Below are positions 50,864 through 60,025 of a stretch of DNA of 64,000 bases, piece after piece. Positions within the stretch are counted from its first letter, which is position 1; every line of letters begins with the position of its first letter. The notes below the pieces were generated by a model. The model was not told the DNA's origin. It did not search any database and saw nothing but the letters and a program-made list of their open reading frames with translations. The DNA is from Candidatus Eiseniibacteriota bacterium. GTDB lineage: Bacteria; Eisenbacteria; RBG-16-71-46. The position numbers and the translations under genes are program-made. The stretch spans positions 64,001 through 128,000 of the forward strand of contig CAVUWA010000011.1 in the NCBI GenBank assembly GCA_963744995.1, in the 5' to 3' direction.

Positions 50864-51934
50864 ATGATCCGGATTCCGTATTCGCTGATCCTGGCCACCG
50901 GGACGATGGCGGCGACCCTGCTGCTCGTGCCGCTCATCATGCGCTGGGCGCGCCGGGCCGGCGCGCTCGACCGGCCGGGGCCCAGGCGCGTGCACCTGGA
51001 GCCGGTGCCCACGCTCGGCGGGATCGCATTCGCGATCGCGGTCCTGGGCGGGGCGTGGCTCGCCCGCGCGTTGCCGGGGCCGGCACGGGCGCTCGAACTG
51101 TACCCGCTGATCGGCATCACCTTCGCGTCGATCCCGATCCTCGCGCTCGGTATCACCGACGACCTGCGCGGGGCGCCGCCGTGGGCCAAGCTCGGCGTGC
51201 AGGCGTGCGCCGCCCTGGTGCTGTTCCATTTCGGATTCGGCGTGCCGACGCTCACGAATCCGGTCGGCGGCAATGTGGACATCGGCTGGCTGAACGCGCC
51301 GCTCACCGTCGCCTGGGTGCTGGTGGTGGTGAACGCGGTCAACCTGATCGACGGCCTCGACGGACTGGCCTCGGGGGTCGTGCTGCTGGCCTGCGCGACG
51401 CTGTGGTGGGTCGCACGCTCCCACGCCGACCTCTACGTGATGTTCTTCGCCGCGCTGCTGATCGGCACCACCGCCGGGTTCCTGCGCTACAACTTCCCGC
51501 CCGCGCGGGTGTTCATGGGCGATACCGGCAGCCAGTTCCTGGGCCTGATGCTCGCCGCGGTCTCGCTGCTGGAGAACCGCAAGGGCACGGCCACCGTCAC
51601 CCTGCTGTTTCCGCTCGTCGCGCTGGCGCTGCCGATCGCCGACAGCGTGCTCGCGCTCTTCCGGCGCGTGGCGGCCGGGCGCCACGTGTTCCACGCCGAT
51701 TCGGGACACATCCACCATCGCCTGCTCAGGCTCGGCCTCACCCACGCCCAGGTGACCCTGCTGCTCTGGGGCCTGTCCGCGGTGCTCGGCGTGGTGGCGA
51801 TCCTGCTCGCCCGGCAGCCGCGCCGCGTGGCGCTGCTGCTCGCCGGGCTGCTCGCGGTCGTGCTGTTCGTCGCGTTCGAGGTCGTGGAAGCGGTCGCGCG
51901 CAGGCGCGACGGCGCGGGGCCGGACGGCGGGTAG
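50864..51934 (+). CDS. WecA/TagO-like undecaprenyl-phosphate GlcNAc-1-phosphate transferase
   Basis: P.LGG, DD, NAVNLIDGLDGLA, FMGDTGS and HIHH motifs. Confidence 0.92.
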   Translation: MIRIPYSLILATGTMAATLLLVPLIMRWARRAGALDRPGPRRVHLEPVPTLGGIAFAIAVLGGAWLARALPGPARALELYPLIGITFASIPILALGITDDLRGAPPWAKLGVQACAALVLFHFGFGVPTLTNPVGGNVDIGWLNAPLTVAWVLVVVNAVNLIDGLDGLASGVVLLACATLWWVARSHADLYVMFFAALLIGTTAGFLRYNFPPARVFMGDTGSQFLGLMLAAVSLLENRKGTATVTLLFPLVALALPIADSVLALFRRVAAGRHVFHADSGHIHHRLLRLGLTHAQVTLLLWGLSAVLGVVAILLARQPRRVALLLAGLLAVVLFVAFEVVEAVARRRDGAGPDGG

Positions 51935-51950
51935 CGGCCCCGGCCGCGGT

Positions 51951-52754
51951 TCACATCGGGCGGCCGAGCACCGCCTGCAGACGCTCGAGGAAGCGCCGCA
52001 CCTCGTCGGGATCGCGCAGCATGTAGCGCGCCCGGGTCGGCATGTCGTCGTGGCCGACGCGAATCCCGATGCCGTCCTTTTCCACCGCGGCGAACGCGTC
52101 CTCGTCGGTCTCGTCGTCGCCGATGAACATCGGCACGATCTCCGGGCCTTCGAGGTTCAGCGCGTGCAGCAGCCAGCGCAGCGCCTTGCCCTTGTCCCAT
52201 TCGATGGCCGGGCGCAGCTCGATGATCCGCTTGCCGCCGGTGGTCCTGAGTTCCGGATGCCGTGCGGCGACCGCGGCGACCGCGGCTTCGAGCCGTGGCA
52301 GCCACGCGTCGCGGACCTGGCGGTTGTGCACCGCGACCGCAAAGCGCTTGCGGTCCACCCACGCGCCCGAGAACGGCTTGATCGCCTCTTCCAGCTCGGC
52401 CGCGACCTGCTCGAGCACCGGCCGGAATGCGACACCCTCTTCGTTCTCGTGCGCGAACCCGTCGGGGCCGCTGATGTCGAAGCCATGGCTGCCGGCGTAG
52501 TACAGCTCGGGCAGCCCGACCATCCGCTCGGCGCTCGCGCGGTCACGCCCGCTGAGCACGGTCACCACCGTCTGCCGCGCCAGACGCTGCAGCGCGAGCC
52601 GCATGGGCTCGGAGAGCACGGCCTGGTCGGGGCGCGAGACGATCGGCGTGAGCGTGCCGTCGTAGTCGATGAAGATGACGACCCGCTTGCCGAACCAGTC
52701 TTCGGCCAGCTCGGGCAGTGCGGAAATCGCGGATGGAAGAGTCGATTCGGTCAT
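51951..52754 (-). CDS. otsB: Trehalose-6-phosphate phosphatase
   Basis: DYDGTL, SGR, GSHG, WDKG and GDDETDEDAF motifs. Confidence 0.92.
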   Translation of the reverse strand: MTESTLPSAISALPELAEDWFGKRVVIFIDYDGTLTPIVSRPDQAVLSEPMRLALQRLARQTVVTVLSGRDRASAERMVGLPELYYAGSHGFDISGPDGFAHENEEGVAFRPVLEQVAAELEEAIKPFSGAWVDRKRFAVAVHNRQVRDAWLPRLEAAVAAVAARHPELRTTGGKRIIELRPAIEWDKGKALRWLLHALNLEGPEIVPMFIGDDETDEDAFAAVEKDGIGIRVGHDDMPTRARYMLRDPDEVRRFLERLQAVLGRPM

Positions 52755-53015
52755 CGTTGCTCCAGGCGCGGGACCCGGGGGCCCACCCCGCCCCGCCTCG
52801 TCACCCGGTCCCGGCCTGTCGCGGCGCCGCGCACGGCGCTCCCTCGCGTATGCGGAGCTGGAATCGGGTCCGAGCACGGGGCGTGCCGGAAAAGTGGCGT
52901 GACGATCCACGCGGATGCGTGGCGATTACGAGATGGCCGGCCGCCCGGGGACACTGCCGCGTGACCGGCCGGCGTCCACCGGCGCCCACGCGGCGACACC
53001 CGAAGGACGCGCCGT

Positions 53016-53603
53016 TCAATACACCCAGGCGTAGTTGAGCTTGAGGCTCCAGACGTAGGTCTTGTCGAAATCCGAGATGATGCCGGCCCGCCCGTCGAAG
53101 CCGAAGACGCCGTTCGGACTCACCTGCACGTTGCCGCCGCCGACCAGATAGGTGCCGCCGCGAACGCTGCCGAACGAGTCCGGGTAGCGGTAGCCCTTGA
53201 CGAAGTTCGCCCCGTAGCCGGCGCCGAAATAGGGCCGAAACCCGCCGTTCCACAGGAAGTGCCGGCTGATCTCGAGGGAAATCGGCACGTCGATGATGGC
53301 GGCCTGGGCCACGTGGCCGAGCATCTCGTGGTGCACGTAGCCGCTGACCGACATGTGCGTGAACTTCCATACCGGCTGCAGCATGCGGGTGTAGCCGAAA
53401 CCGTACCCCGCAGCGCCGTTCGGGGCGTCCGGCGAGGCGAGCTTCGCGTAGCCGGCGCGGACCGAGATCCAGCCGGTCCCGGGCGCCCATGGATCTTCGA
53501 CGGCGTGCGCCGGAGCGGCGGCGGCCAGCATGAGGCCGGCCAGCACGAGCACGGCCCACGGCCTGGCGCCCGGACGGAACCGCCCGGGCCGTTCTTCGAT
53601 CAC
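53016..53603 (-). CDS. Small outer-membrane beta-barrel protein
   Basis: AGGAG RBS, signal peptide, RPYFGAG.G and aromatic C-terminus. Confidence 0.75.
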   Translation of the reverse strand: MIEERPGRFRPGARPWAVLVLAGLMLAAAAPAHAVEDPWAPGTGWISVRAGYAKLASPDAPNGAAGYGFGYTRMLQPVWKFTHMSVSGYVHHEMLGHVAQAAIIDVPISLEISRHFLWNGGFRPYFGAGYGANFVKGYRYPDSFGSVRGGTYLVGGGNVQVSPNGVFGFDGRAGIISDFDKTYVWSLKLNYAWVY

Positions 53604-53873
53604 GCGCGATCTCCTTTCCACTTCCCGATGGCGCCGCAGGCGCGATGCACGCGGAGGGAACGGCGGCGCAGACTGCCGCGGACGGGCCGTTCGCACGGGC
53701 CGACGGCGGACGAAACAGGCCGCACAGGCTAGCAAGCCGCAGGGCGGGACTCAAGCGAGGCCGGGCGGACCGGTGCATCCGGGCGGGCGCGGGGTGGCGT
53801 GGTGGCGCTTCTCGATGCCGGACCTGCCCGGCGTGCCGTCATCGCGCATCCATTTCGCCGCATGCGTGCGAAG

Positions 53874-54055
53874 CGTACGTCGGCGCGCATGGCGGGGCGG
53901 CGGTGAAGCTCCCTTCAGGGGGCCGCTGCGGCGCGGCCCTCCTGGCCGCACCTTGCTTGTCGCGGCCGCGCCCGCCATCCATGGCTCAACTGCCGCGGCC
54001 GCTCAACCCCCCTTCAGGGACTTCACCGCCGCCCCGCCATGCGCGCCGACGTGCG
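53874..54055. repeat. Roughly 180-bp element bounded by long inverted repeats (MITE/REP-like)
   Basis: CGTACGTCGGCGCGCATGGCGGGGCGGCGGTGAAG at 53874-53908 matches the reverse complement of 54021-54055 with one mismatch. Pairing extends imperfectly about 14 nt further inward. Confidence 0.75.
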
Positions 54056-54171
54056 TGACCCGACTCCCGGGTCTGCGCTGCTTCGCACGGAGGTCCGGGA
54101 TCGGTCGCGTTCGCCACCGTTCCCAATAAAACCGTTTCAGTAATCGCGGCCGCTTCGTTAGGTTCCGCTGC

Positions 54172-55449
54172 ATGAGTCCCCCGCGCTCTGCACGACACGC
54201 TCCGATCCGTTTCCGTCCCGCACGCCGCACCGATGTCGAGCGACTCGCCGAACTCGGCGCGCGCATCTGGCGCGTGAGCAGCATCGAGAAGCGCCGCGAG
54301 TTCTACACCGAACACCCGCGCTTCGGCCTGCGCGACGTGCGCGTCGCCGAGCTCGACGGCCAGGTCGTCGGTTCGCTGGTGCTCTACCCGCTCGAAGTGT
54401 GGGTCCGCGGACAGAAGGTGCCGTTCACCGGCATCGGCTCCGTATGCGTCTCACCCGAGCACCGGCGCCGCGGCGTCGCCGACACGCTGATGCGCTCGAC
54501 GCTGCGCGAGCTGCGCCAGCGCGGCCGCGCGTTGAGCGGCCTCTACCCGTGGCGCGGCTCCTACTACAGCCGCTTCGGCTACGGCGTCGCCGAATACGTG
54601 CACCAGATCGCGATCGCACCGGCCACCCTCCCGGGCGACGACGAGAGCCGCTGGGTGCGGCGCTCGATGCTGCCCGACCGTCCCGCCGTACAGGCGCTCT
54701 ACGACCGCATCGCCCAGCAGGGCCACTTCGCCGTGCACCGCTCGCAGGAGTGGTGGACGCATCGCCTGTGGACCTACCCCGGCGACTGGATCGTCTACGA
54801 GGGCCGGCGCCGCGGCCAGATCGAGGGCTACCTCTATTACGAGGTGGACCACTCGAACGGCCCGTTCAAGCTCGACGTCGCGCTCACCGAGTTCGTGGCC
54901 GCGACCCCCGCCGCACACCGCGGGCTGGTCGGCTACCTGGCCTCGCTCGCCGACCAGGTGCGCGAGATCATGTTCGTCGCGCCGCCCGACAACGCCTGGC
55001 TGCAGCTGCTGCGCTCGGCGCAGAACCTGCGCCCCGGCGCCGACATCTCGGTCTACAGCGACACCGGCAACGTCGCGAACGGCATGATGCTGCGCGTCAC
55101 CGACGTCAAGCTCGGGCTCGAGGCGTTCCCGGTGCGCTCGAGCGCCCGCGGTGAAATCGCGCTCGAGATCGCCGACCCGGTGATCCCGCAGAACAGCAAG
55201 GTCTACCGCGTGCGCGCGAGCGAAGGCCACCTCGCCGTGCGCGTGCAGGCCGCGCAGACCCGCTCGCGGAAGCGCGTGCCGAGGCTCAAGCTCGACATCG
55301 GGATGCTGGGGCCGCTGATCGCCGGCGCCATTTCGCCGACCCGTGCGGCCGAAATCGGGCTGATCGAGTCTGCGAGCGGCGGCGCCGACATCGTCGAGCC
55401 CTGGTTCCGCACCCGGCCGGCGTTCCTGTACCAGGCGAACGTGTTCTAG
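54172..55449 (+). CDS. Eis-like GNAT acetyltransferase with C-terminal SCP2-like domain
   Basis: VCVSPEHRRRGVA, YYSRFGY and MLRVTDV motifs; ends in F. Confidence 0.88.
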   Translation: MSPPRSARHAPIRFRPARRTDVERLAELGARIWRVSSIEKRREFYTEHPRFGLRDVRVAELDGQVVGSLVLYPLEVWVRGQKVPFTGIGSVCVSPEHRRRGVADTLMRSTLRELRQRGRALSGLYPWRGSYYSRFGYGVAEYVHQIAIAPATLPGDDESRWVRRSMLPDRPAVQALYDRIAQQGHFAVHRSQEWWTHRLWTYPGDWIVYEGRRRGQIEGYLYYEVDHSNGPFKLDVALTEFVAATPAAHRGLVGYLASLADQVREIMFVAPPDNAWLQLLRSAQNLRPGADISVYSDTGNVANGMMLRVTDVKLGLEAFPVRSSARGEIALEIADPVIPQNSKVYRVRASEGHLAVRVQAAQTRSRKRVPRLKLDIGMLGPLIAGAISPTRAAEIGLIESASGGADIVEPWFRTRPAFLYQANVF

Positions 55450-55563
55450 AGCGGCTGCGGGGCATCGCCCCGGCGAACGAGCCGCCGACCGTGAGTGCCC
55501 CCGCAAACCCGTCCCGGGACGGATTTCCGAACGGGCGTGCGGTGCGCTGTTGGGGGGGGCGCA

Positions 55564-55581
55564 ACGTTCCCCGGGGAACGT
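55564..55581. promoter_or_regulatory. Perfect 18-bp palindrome ACGTTCCCCGGGGAACGT
   Basis: Self-complementary intergenic sequence at the integron edge; function unknown. Confidence 0.4.
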
Positions 55582-55700
55582 GCGACGGCGCCGGCCCGAG
55601 TCACTCCATTCTGAGCCGTCTACTCACGTACGTCGTGGTCGACGGTGACGTCTGCCGGCCGGCCATCGCTCGGGACGAAGCCAACGCACGCACGCTGCGC

Positions 55701-55731
55701 GTCAGCGGTCCGCTTGAACGAATAGTCAGCT
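55701..55731 (-). repeat. Degenerate attC, left half only
   Basis: Minus strand AGCTGAC-TATTC-GTTCAAGC-GGACCGCTGAC (R'' with AAC changed to GAC, plus L''); no matching right arm. Confidence 0.5.
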
Positions 55732-55767
55732 GCGTTCATGCGAGGGGTCAAAGAGCGGCAAGCCGAC

Positions 55768-56442
55768 TCACCCGACGAGGGAATCGAGCACGATGTCCAT
55801 GATCATGTGGGCCCCCCAGGGAGCCCAGATCGTTCGGGCACTTTGGGCGACCCAGGAAAACAGGACGCCCGTCGCGAAGACGGCCACTTGCAGTGACAGG
55901 GGATACTGCGTGTGCATTGCGGCCCATAACGCGCTCGTGACGATCGCCGCCGACACGAAACCGATCACGGGAGCGAGCGCGGCGAGAAGGAAGCCGCGGA
56001 ATATGAATTCCTCGTAGAAATTCGAAAAGACATTCCCCGCGATCGACCAGGGATCGGGGTTGATCCATCGGATCGCCGAACCCTGGCCCGTCGCGATCAG
56101 CACGCCGAGGATCAGGGCCATTGCGCCGAACGCTCCCATCAGGGCTTTTCTGAGCGGCCTGTGCCCCTTGCCCAGCGGCGGCGGATCGATCACGCCTGCG
56201 CGAGCGAAAGCGATCCACGCAACGCCCGCGGCGAGCGCCGGGAGTGTCGAATACAGCAAGAGGTGCGGCAGGAACTTCCAAAGCCCCGAGTAGGCGGGAA
56301 AACCGGCGGCGCGCAGCGCGGTGTCGCGCAGCCACCACGTGGGCCACAGCCCGATGAGATAGACGGCGGCCGCCGCGGCGAGAAGCATCGCGGCTGCATT
56401 CCTGGAAGGGACGGCCATTCTTGTGGCGGGCGCGTAGTTCAA
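55768..56442 (-). CDS. CPBP/CAAX intramembrane metalloprotease (cassette)
   Basis: EEFIFRG, WAAMH and H...D motifs. Start is 56442 (TTG) or 56418 (ATG). Confidence 0.85.
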   Translation of the reverse strand: MNYAPATRMAVPSRNAAAMLLAAAAAVYLIGLWPTWWLRDTALRAAGFPAYSGLWKFLPHLLLYSTLPALAAGVAWIAFARAGVIDPPPLGKGHRPLRKALMGAFGAMALILGVLIATGQGSAIRWINPDPWSIAGNVFSNFYEEFIFRGFLLAALAPVIGFVSAAIVTSALWAAMHTQYPLSLQVAVFATGVLFSWVAQSARTIWAPWGAHMIMDIVLDSLVG

Positions 56443-56453
56443 GTGACCCCTGC

Positions 56454-56513
56454 CTCCAACACGACGATTCTCACGCAGCGCTTACTCGGGTCCGCTGCAG
56501 CGGCCTGTCAGCC
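56454..56513 (-). repeat. Degenerate attC
   Basis: Minus strand GGCTGAC-AGGCC-GCTGCAGC ... GTTGGAG, 60 bp; right arm pairs poorly. Confidence 0.5.
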
Positions 56514-56555
56514 AGCATTCGTGGCAAGCTCGGGCATCTGAGTGGACGAGCACGA

Positions 56556-57017
56556 CTACGCCTCGTTGTAGGCTCTCTCGAGCGCCGCCACGTCGAGCTT
56601 TACCATCGTCATCATGGCCTCCATCACAGCCTTCACCTTCCTGGGGTCCCGATCACGGATCAGCTCGGTGAATCGTCTGGGGACAATTTGCCAGGAGAGC
56701 CCGAAGGGGTCTTTGATCCAACCGCATTGCGTGGGCTTCGCTCCTGCCTTCACGAGTCTGTCCCAGTATTCATCCACCTCGTCCTGATCCGCGCAGTCCA
56801 CGTAGAGCGAGACTCCCTCAGAGAAGCTGAAGTACGGACCTCCGTTGTAGCCCATGAAGAGTTGACCGCCCACGACGAATTCGGCGGAGCTGATGGGACC
56901 GTCCTTGCCCGTGCGGGCGACGTTGCGTACTTCGGAGTTCGGAAACGTCGCGGTGTAGAACTCGATCGCCGCTTCGAGCTGGTCGTTGAACATGAGGAAA
57001 GGTGTCACTTTGTTCAT
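56556..57017 (-). CDS. VOC family protein (PhnB / 3-demethylubiquinone-9 3-methyltransferase-like; cassette)
   Basis: KVTPFLMF, NGGP.F.FSEGVS and CGWIKD.FGLSWQIVP motifs; AGGAG RBS. Confidence 0.9.
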   Translation of the reverse strand: MNKVTPFLMFNDQLEAAIEFYTATFPNSEVRNVARTGKDGPISSAEFVVGGQLFMGYNGGPYFSFSEGVSLYVDCADQDEVDEYWDRLVKAGAKPTQCGWIKDPFGLSWQIVPRRFTELIRDRDPRKVKAVMEAMMTMVKLDVAALERAYNEA

Positions 57018-57094
57018 GGGAGTGGCTCCTATGTGCGGGCGATGCGCTTCTGCGCCCAGCGCGCCAGGGCGTCGGGCCGCTCGACGCAGCCCGC

Positions 57095-57348
57095 CCGGCA
57101 AGGCCCTCGCGCCACCGCCATCCCGCACGAACGCTGCAACGGTCACGGTCTGCTCCTCTTTTCCCGGGGACGCGGGGACGCTACGTCCCTCATTCAGGAC
57201 GGTCAACCTGCGGCTCGAGGTTGGCCTCGCCCGAATCCTCCGGCCAGTCTCCCGGGATTCGCGGGCTCGTCGAGGTCGTCGCATCCGCCACGGGCCACAC
57301 GACTTCACGACGGGGCCCCGGCGCCGCGCCACCGACCGAGGCGCCGAT
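57095..57348. repeat. Diverged copy of the intI 5' end and promoter region (about 62351-62593)
   Basis: Collinear similarity by eye. Retains the promoter TTGACC-N17-TAGCGT (57206-57178, minus strand) and the SD-GTG start. Confidence 0.85.
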
Positions 57349-57590
57349 TTGACCATCGAAGGCTTCCACGTCGTCCATGAGTTCATGCCCCGCTTCCGCG
57401 ACACCGACGCGATGGGGCACATCAACAACGCCGTCTACATCATCTATCTCGAGGTCGCGCGGCAGGAGTACTGGCGCGCGCTCGACGGCACCCAGGATTA
57501 CCGGCGCGTGCCGTTCATCCTCGCGCACGTCACGGTGACTTCCTCTCCGAGACGCTGGTCAACGAGACGCTGCTCGTCGGCTGCCGCTGC
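57349..57590 (+). pseudogene. Truncated, frameshifted copy of the thioesterase 5' part (62594-62836)
   Basis: 242 vs 243 nt. By manual comparison: 9 synonymous and 3 non-synonymous changes and a 1-nt deletion. Confidence 0.92.
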
Positions 57591-57591
57591 A

Positions 57592-57708
57592 CGACACCGG
57601 CAACGTCGCGAACGGGATGATGCTGCGGGTCACCGACGTCAAGCTCGGGCTCGAGGCGTTCCCGGTGCGCTCGAGCGCGCGCGGCGAGATCGCGCTCGAG
57701 ATCGCCGA
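57592..57708 (+). pseudogene. Internal fragment of the Eis-like gene (copy of 55059-55175)
   Basis: 117-nt match with 5 differences, all synonymous. Confidence 0.92.
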
Positions 57709-57733
57709 AAGAGCACGTCCGCCTGCGGACCGG

Positions 57734-58234
57734 TCATGGTTCGGGCCGAACCCAGCGGCTCCGCCCCGTCGTATCGGCGAGCTCCCACGGCTGGATGTCG
57801 GGCGCCTCAACCCCCAACGCCTTCAAGCTCGCGCACACCTGTTCGCCATGGGCGCTCACATGATGCAGGGCCTGAATGACGACCACGGCAGCATGCGTCT
57901 CGTATGTGCCGTCATCCAGATAGGCCAGCCGTTCGCCGTCCATGGGCGCCTGCAGAAATCGCTCCCACCTCGCGCCGCTCTCCTCCGCACGGGCGGCCAG
58001 CGCCTGCAGGTCATTCGTCTCGTTCTCCTGCGCCGACCAGTCGGCACGCCCCCCACCCAGGCTGGCCAGATAGCGCGCGTCGGCCAGCACGATGTGATTC
58101 AAGGTCGCAAGAATGCTGCCGAACCGGGGCCCCGGACGCGTCAGCTCGTCCATCGGGCGATTCTGGCAGGCCGCGATCAGCGTCTTCATGGCCCAATGCT
58201 TGTGCCGGAACGCTTCGATCAGGATCTCGTTCAT
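57734..58234 (-). CDS. DinB family protein (cassette)
   Basis: GAGGAG RBS; SILATLNHI and QALHHVSAHGEQ..L..LG motifs. Confidence 0.85.
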   Translation of the reverse strand: MNEILIEAFRHKHWAMKTLIAACQNRPMDELTRPGPRFGSILATLNHIVLADARYLASLGGGRADWSAQENETNDLQALAARAEESGARWERFLQAPMDGERLAYLDDGTYETHAAVVVIQALHHVSAHGEQVCASLKALGVEAPDIQPWELADTTGRSRWVRPEP

Positions 58235-58253
58235 GTCTCCTCGAATGATGCCA

Positions 58254-58330
58254 GGCCCACGTGGGGGCATTCAGCGGCGAGCGTCGCCGAGCGCAGGAAG
58301 ACGAACGCCCGCTGCAACGCCCTGTCGCCG
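58254..58330 (-). repeat. Degenerate attC
   Basis: Minus strand CGGCGAC-AGGGC-GTTGCAGC...GCTGAATG-CCCCCAC-GTGGGCC. L boxes pair; both R boxes are mutated. Confidence 0.65.
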
Positions 58331-58338
58331 GCATCCCG

Positions 58339-58902
58339 TTAGCGCCTCTCCAGGAACCCCCTGCCCTCGAATATCGCAGGCATCGCCTTCTCGATTCTCG
58401 CCACCCGCGTCGCCGACTTCTTGGCCGCGGCGAAGTGATAGAGGTAGCTCCGCTGTCGTCCCGGCGTCAGCGCCTCGAAGGCGCGCCTGAAACGCGGATC
58501 CTTTCGGAACCGCTCCGTCAGCTCTTCGGGAACCGGAAGATCCGATGTCTGCCTCGGCTTCACCCGCAGCCCGGCCTTTTCGACGGCGATGGCCTCGCGT
58601 ACGTAGGCCTTGATGGTCGCTGCCTTCGCCCTGATGTCCTTCACGTCGGTGAACTTCATCACCCGCCCGGCCTGTACCTGGCCGAGCCGCGCCAGCAACT
58701 TCCCGGGGTCTTTCAGCAGGGCGCCCTGAAAGAATCCCAGTCCGAAGTACTCCTTGAAGCCATGCATGATGACGATGTTCTTCCCATCCACCGTGTAGGT
58801 GGGCTTCCCCCACTTGCGCTCCTCCTTCATCGGGAGCCCGGCGAGCACCCGCCGCATCTCGGCGATCTCGGCTTTCCAACGCTCTCGATAGGCCATCTCC
58901 AT
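58339..58902 (-). CDS. YdeI/OmdA-associated (DUF1801) protein (cassette); 5' end possibly frameshifted
   Basis: KWGKPTY, FFQGALLKDP and ALTPGRQRSY motifs. The best SD-ATG (58937) is out of frame. Confidence 0.85.
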   Translation of the reverse strand: MEMAYRERWKAEIAEMRRVLAGLPMKEERKWGKPTYTVDGKNIVIMHGFKEYFGLGFFQGALLKDPGKLLARLGQVQAGRVMKFTDVKDIRAKAATIKAYVREAIAVEKAGLRVKPRQTSDLPVPEELTERFRKDPRFRRAFEALTPGRQRSYLYHFAAAKKSATRVARIEKAMPAIFEGRGFLERR

Positions 58903-59003
58903 GCCGGCGCCCTTTCCGGTCGATCGGACCGCGTCATCTCCTCGCAGGCAACAAGCCACGGCGAGTGCGCAACCTCACCCGGGTCCCTGCCTTTCACATG
59001 GGC

Positions 59004-59129
59004 TCATCGGGAAGCCCCGCGCCCAAGCTCCTGGGCGAGCCCGATGAGAATTCCTTCGGGGCCCCGGATGTAGCAGAGCCGATACGCTACTGCGGCAAGG
59101 GCCGCAAAGAAGATGTACTCGAAGCTCAC
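59004..59129 (-). pseudogene. Chimeric remnant: hydrophobic start fused to the C-terminus of a VOC/glyoxalase
   Basis: VSFEYIFFAALAAVA joined to YRLCYIRGPEGILIGLAQEL, which resembles a glyoxalase C-terminal motif. Confidence 0.6.
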
Positions 59130-59147
59130 TGGGTACCCTCCATGTCC

Positions 59148-59187
59148 GTCTAACGTCCTGCCGTTAGCCGGCGGCCGGCTAGCGGCT
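59148..59187 (-). repeat. Partial attC (R' GTTAGAC plus L hairpin; R'' missing)
   Basis: GTCTAAC at 59148-59154 and the palindrome GCCGTTAGCCGGC-G-GCCGGCTAGCGGC. Confidence 0.55.
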
Positions 59188-59300
59188 ACCACCATCGGCG
59201 AGACGAACCATGCGCCGTAGAAGCAGGACTCCCACGACGCCGACTAAGGGAGAGGTCAGAAGCCCAGGGAGGATGCTGCGGAGGTCCTGGTTCATCGGGC

Positions 59301-59858
59301 TCACGCGTTCCCTGGAGGCCGGCGGATGTGCGGGTCCTGATCACGCCGCCTGGGCGAAGGCCAGCGCGGGATCCAGCGGCCCACTTCTGCCGTGTAGCCC
59401 GCGTACAACGGGCCGAACTTTCGCCGTAGCGCCGGTTCTTCGTAGAACAGCACAACAATGTTGACGACCAGAAGCCAGATGGCCGCGTACAGCAGCAGCG
59501 GCCTGGACCCGAAGAGCCCGACCTCCCCGATCAGGATGAGCAGGACCCCCAAGTACATTGGGTTGCGAACGTAGCGGTAGAGCCCCGTTACAACCAGTTG
59601 CTTCGGGTGGTCTATCGGGGCGGGGATCCCTCGGCCACGTGCAATGAAGTCCCAGAGGCACCAAAAGTAGACGAGGCCTCCGAGCACTAATGTCACCAGA
59701 GCAACAAGCTCGATGCCCCCCCATGCACTCGGGATTCTGCGGCCATCCGGACCGAGAAGCCACAGGGGAATCCACACCGTAACGGTGCCGGGCACCAGGA
59801 CGGTGAAGAGGATTGCCTCGAAGAGCAGCGTGACTTCCCGGAGCGTGAGCAGCTTCAT
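59301..59858 (-). CDS. Isoprenylcysteine carboxylmethyltransferase / PEMT family protein (cassette)
   Basis: LVVTGLYRYVRNPMYLG and EE..L...FG..Y..Y...V.RW motifs. Confidence 0.9.
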   Translation of the reverse strand: MKLLTLREVTLLFEAILFTVLVPGTVTVWIPLWLLGPDGRRIPSAWGGIELVALVTLVLGGLVYFWCLWDFIARGRGIPAPIDHPKQLVVTGLYRYVRNPMYLGVLLILIGEVGLFGSRPLLLYAAIWLLVVNIVVLFYEEPALRRKFGPLYAGYTAEVGRWIPRWPSPRRRDQDPHIRRPPGNA

Positions 59859-59882
59859 GCAGCCTTCATCCAGAGTGGGGCC

Positions 59883-59945
59883 GGCTAACGCCTTGGCGAT
59901 CAGCGGCGCGGCGAAGCCGCGTCCGCCTGCATCGCCGTGTTAGGC
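59883..59945 (-). repeat. Intact attC (63 bp)
   Basis: Minus strand GCCTAAC-ACGGC-GATGCAGG...GCTGATC-GCCAAGGC-GTTAGCC. Confidence 0.85.
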
Positions 59946-60025
59946 ATGCCGCCGCGCTCACCCCCTCTTCGCGCCAGCAGGGGCCGTGACGGCACCGATC
60001 CGCCAGCTGCAGCGGCTTGTTAGCC
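59946..60025 (-). repeat. Left half of an attC abutting the intact attC
   Basis: Minus strand GGCTAAC (contains the GNAT stop)-AAGCC-GCTGCAGC; no right arm. Confidence 0.65.

Noticed and set aside
57617..58342. 241-aa ORF starting with Eis-like sequence as a new fusion gene
   Set aside because: Only about 30 aa come from the Eis fragment; the rest is antisense to the DinB cassette.
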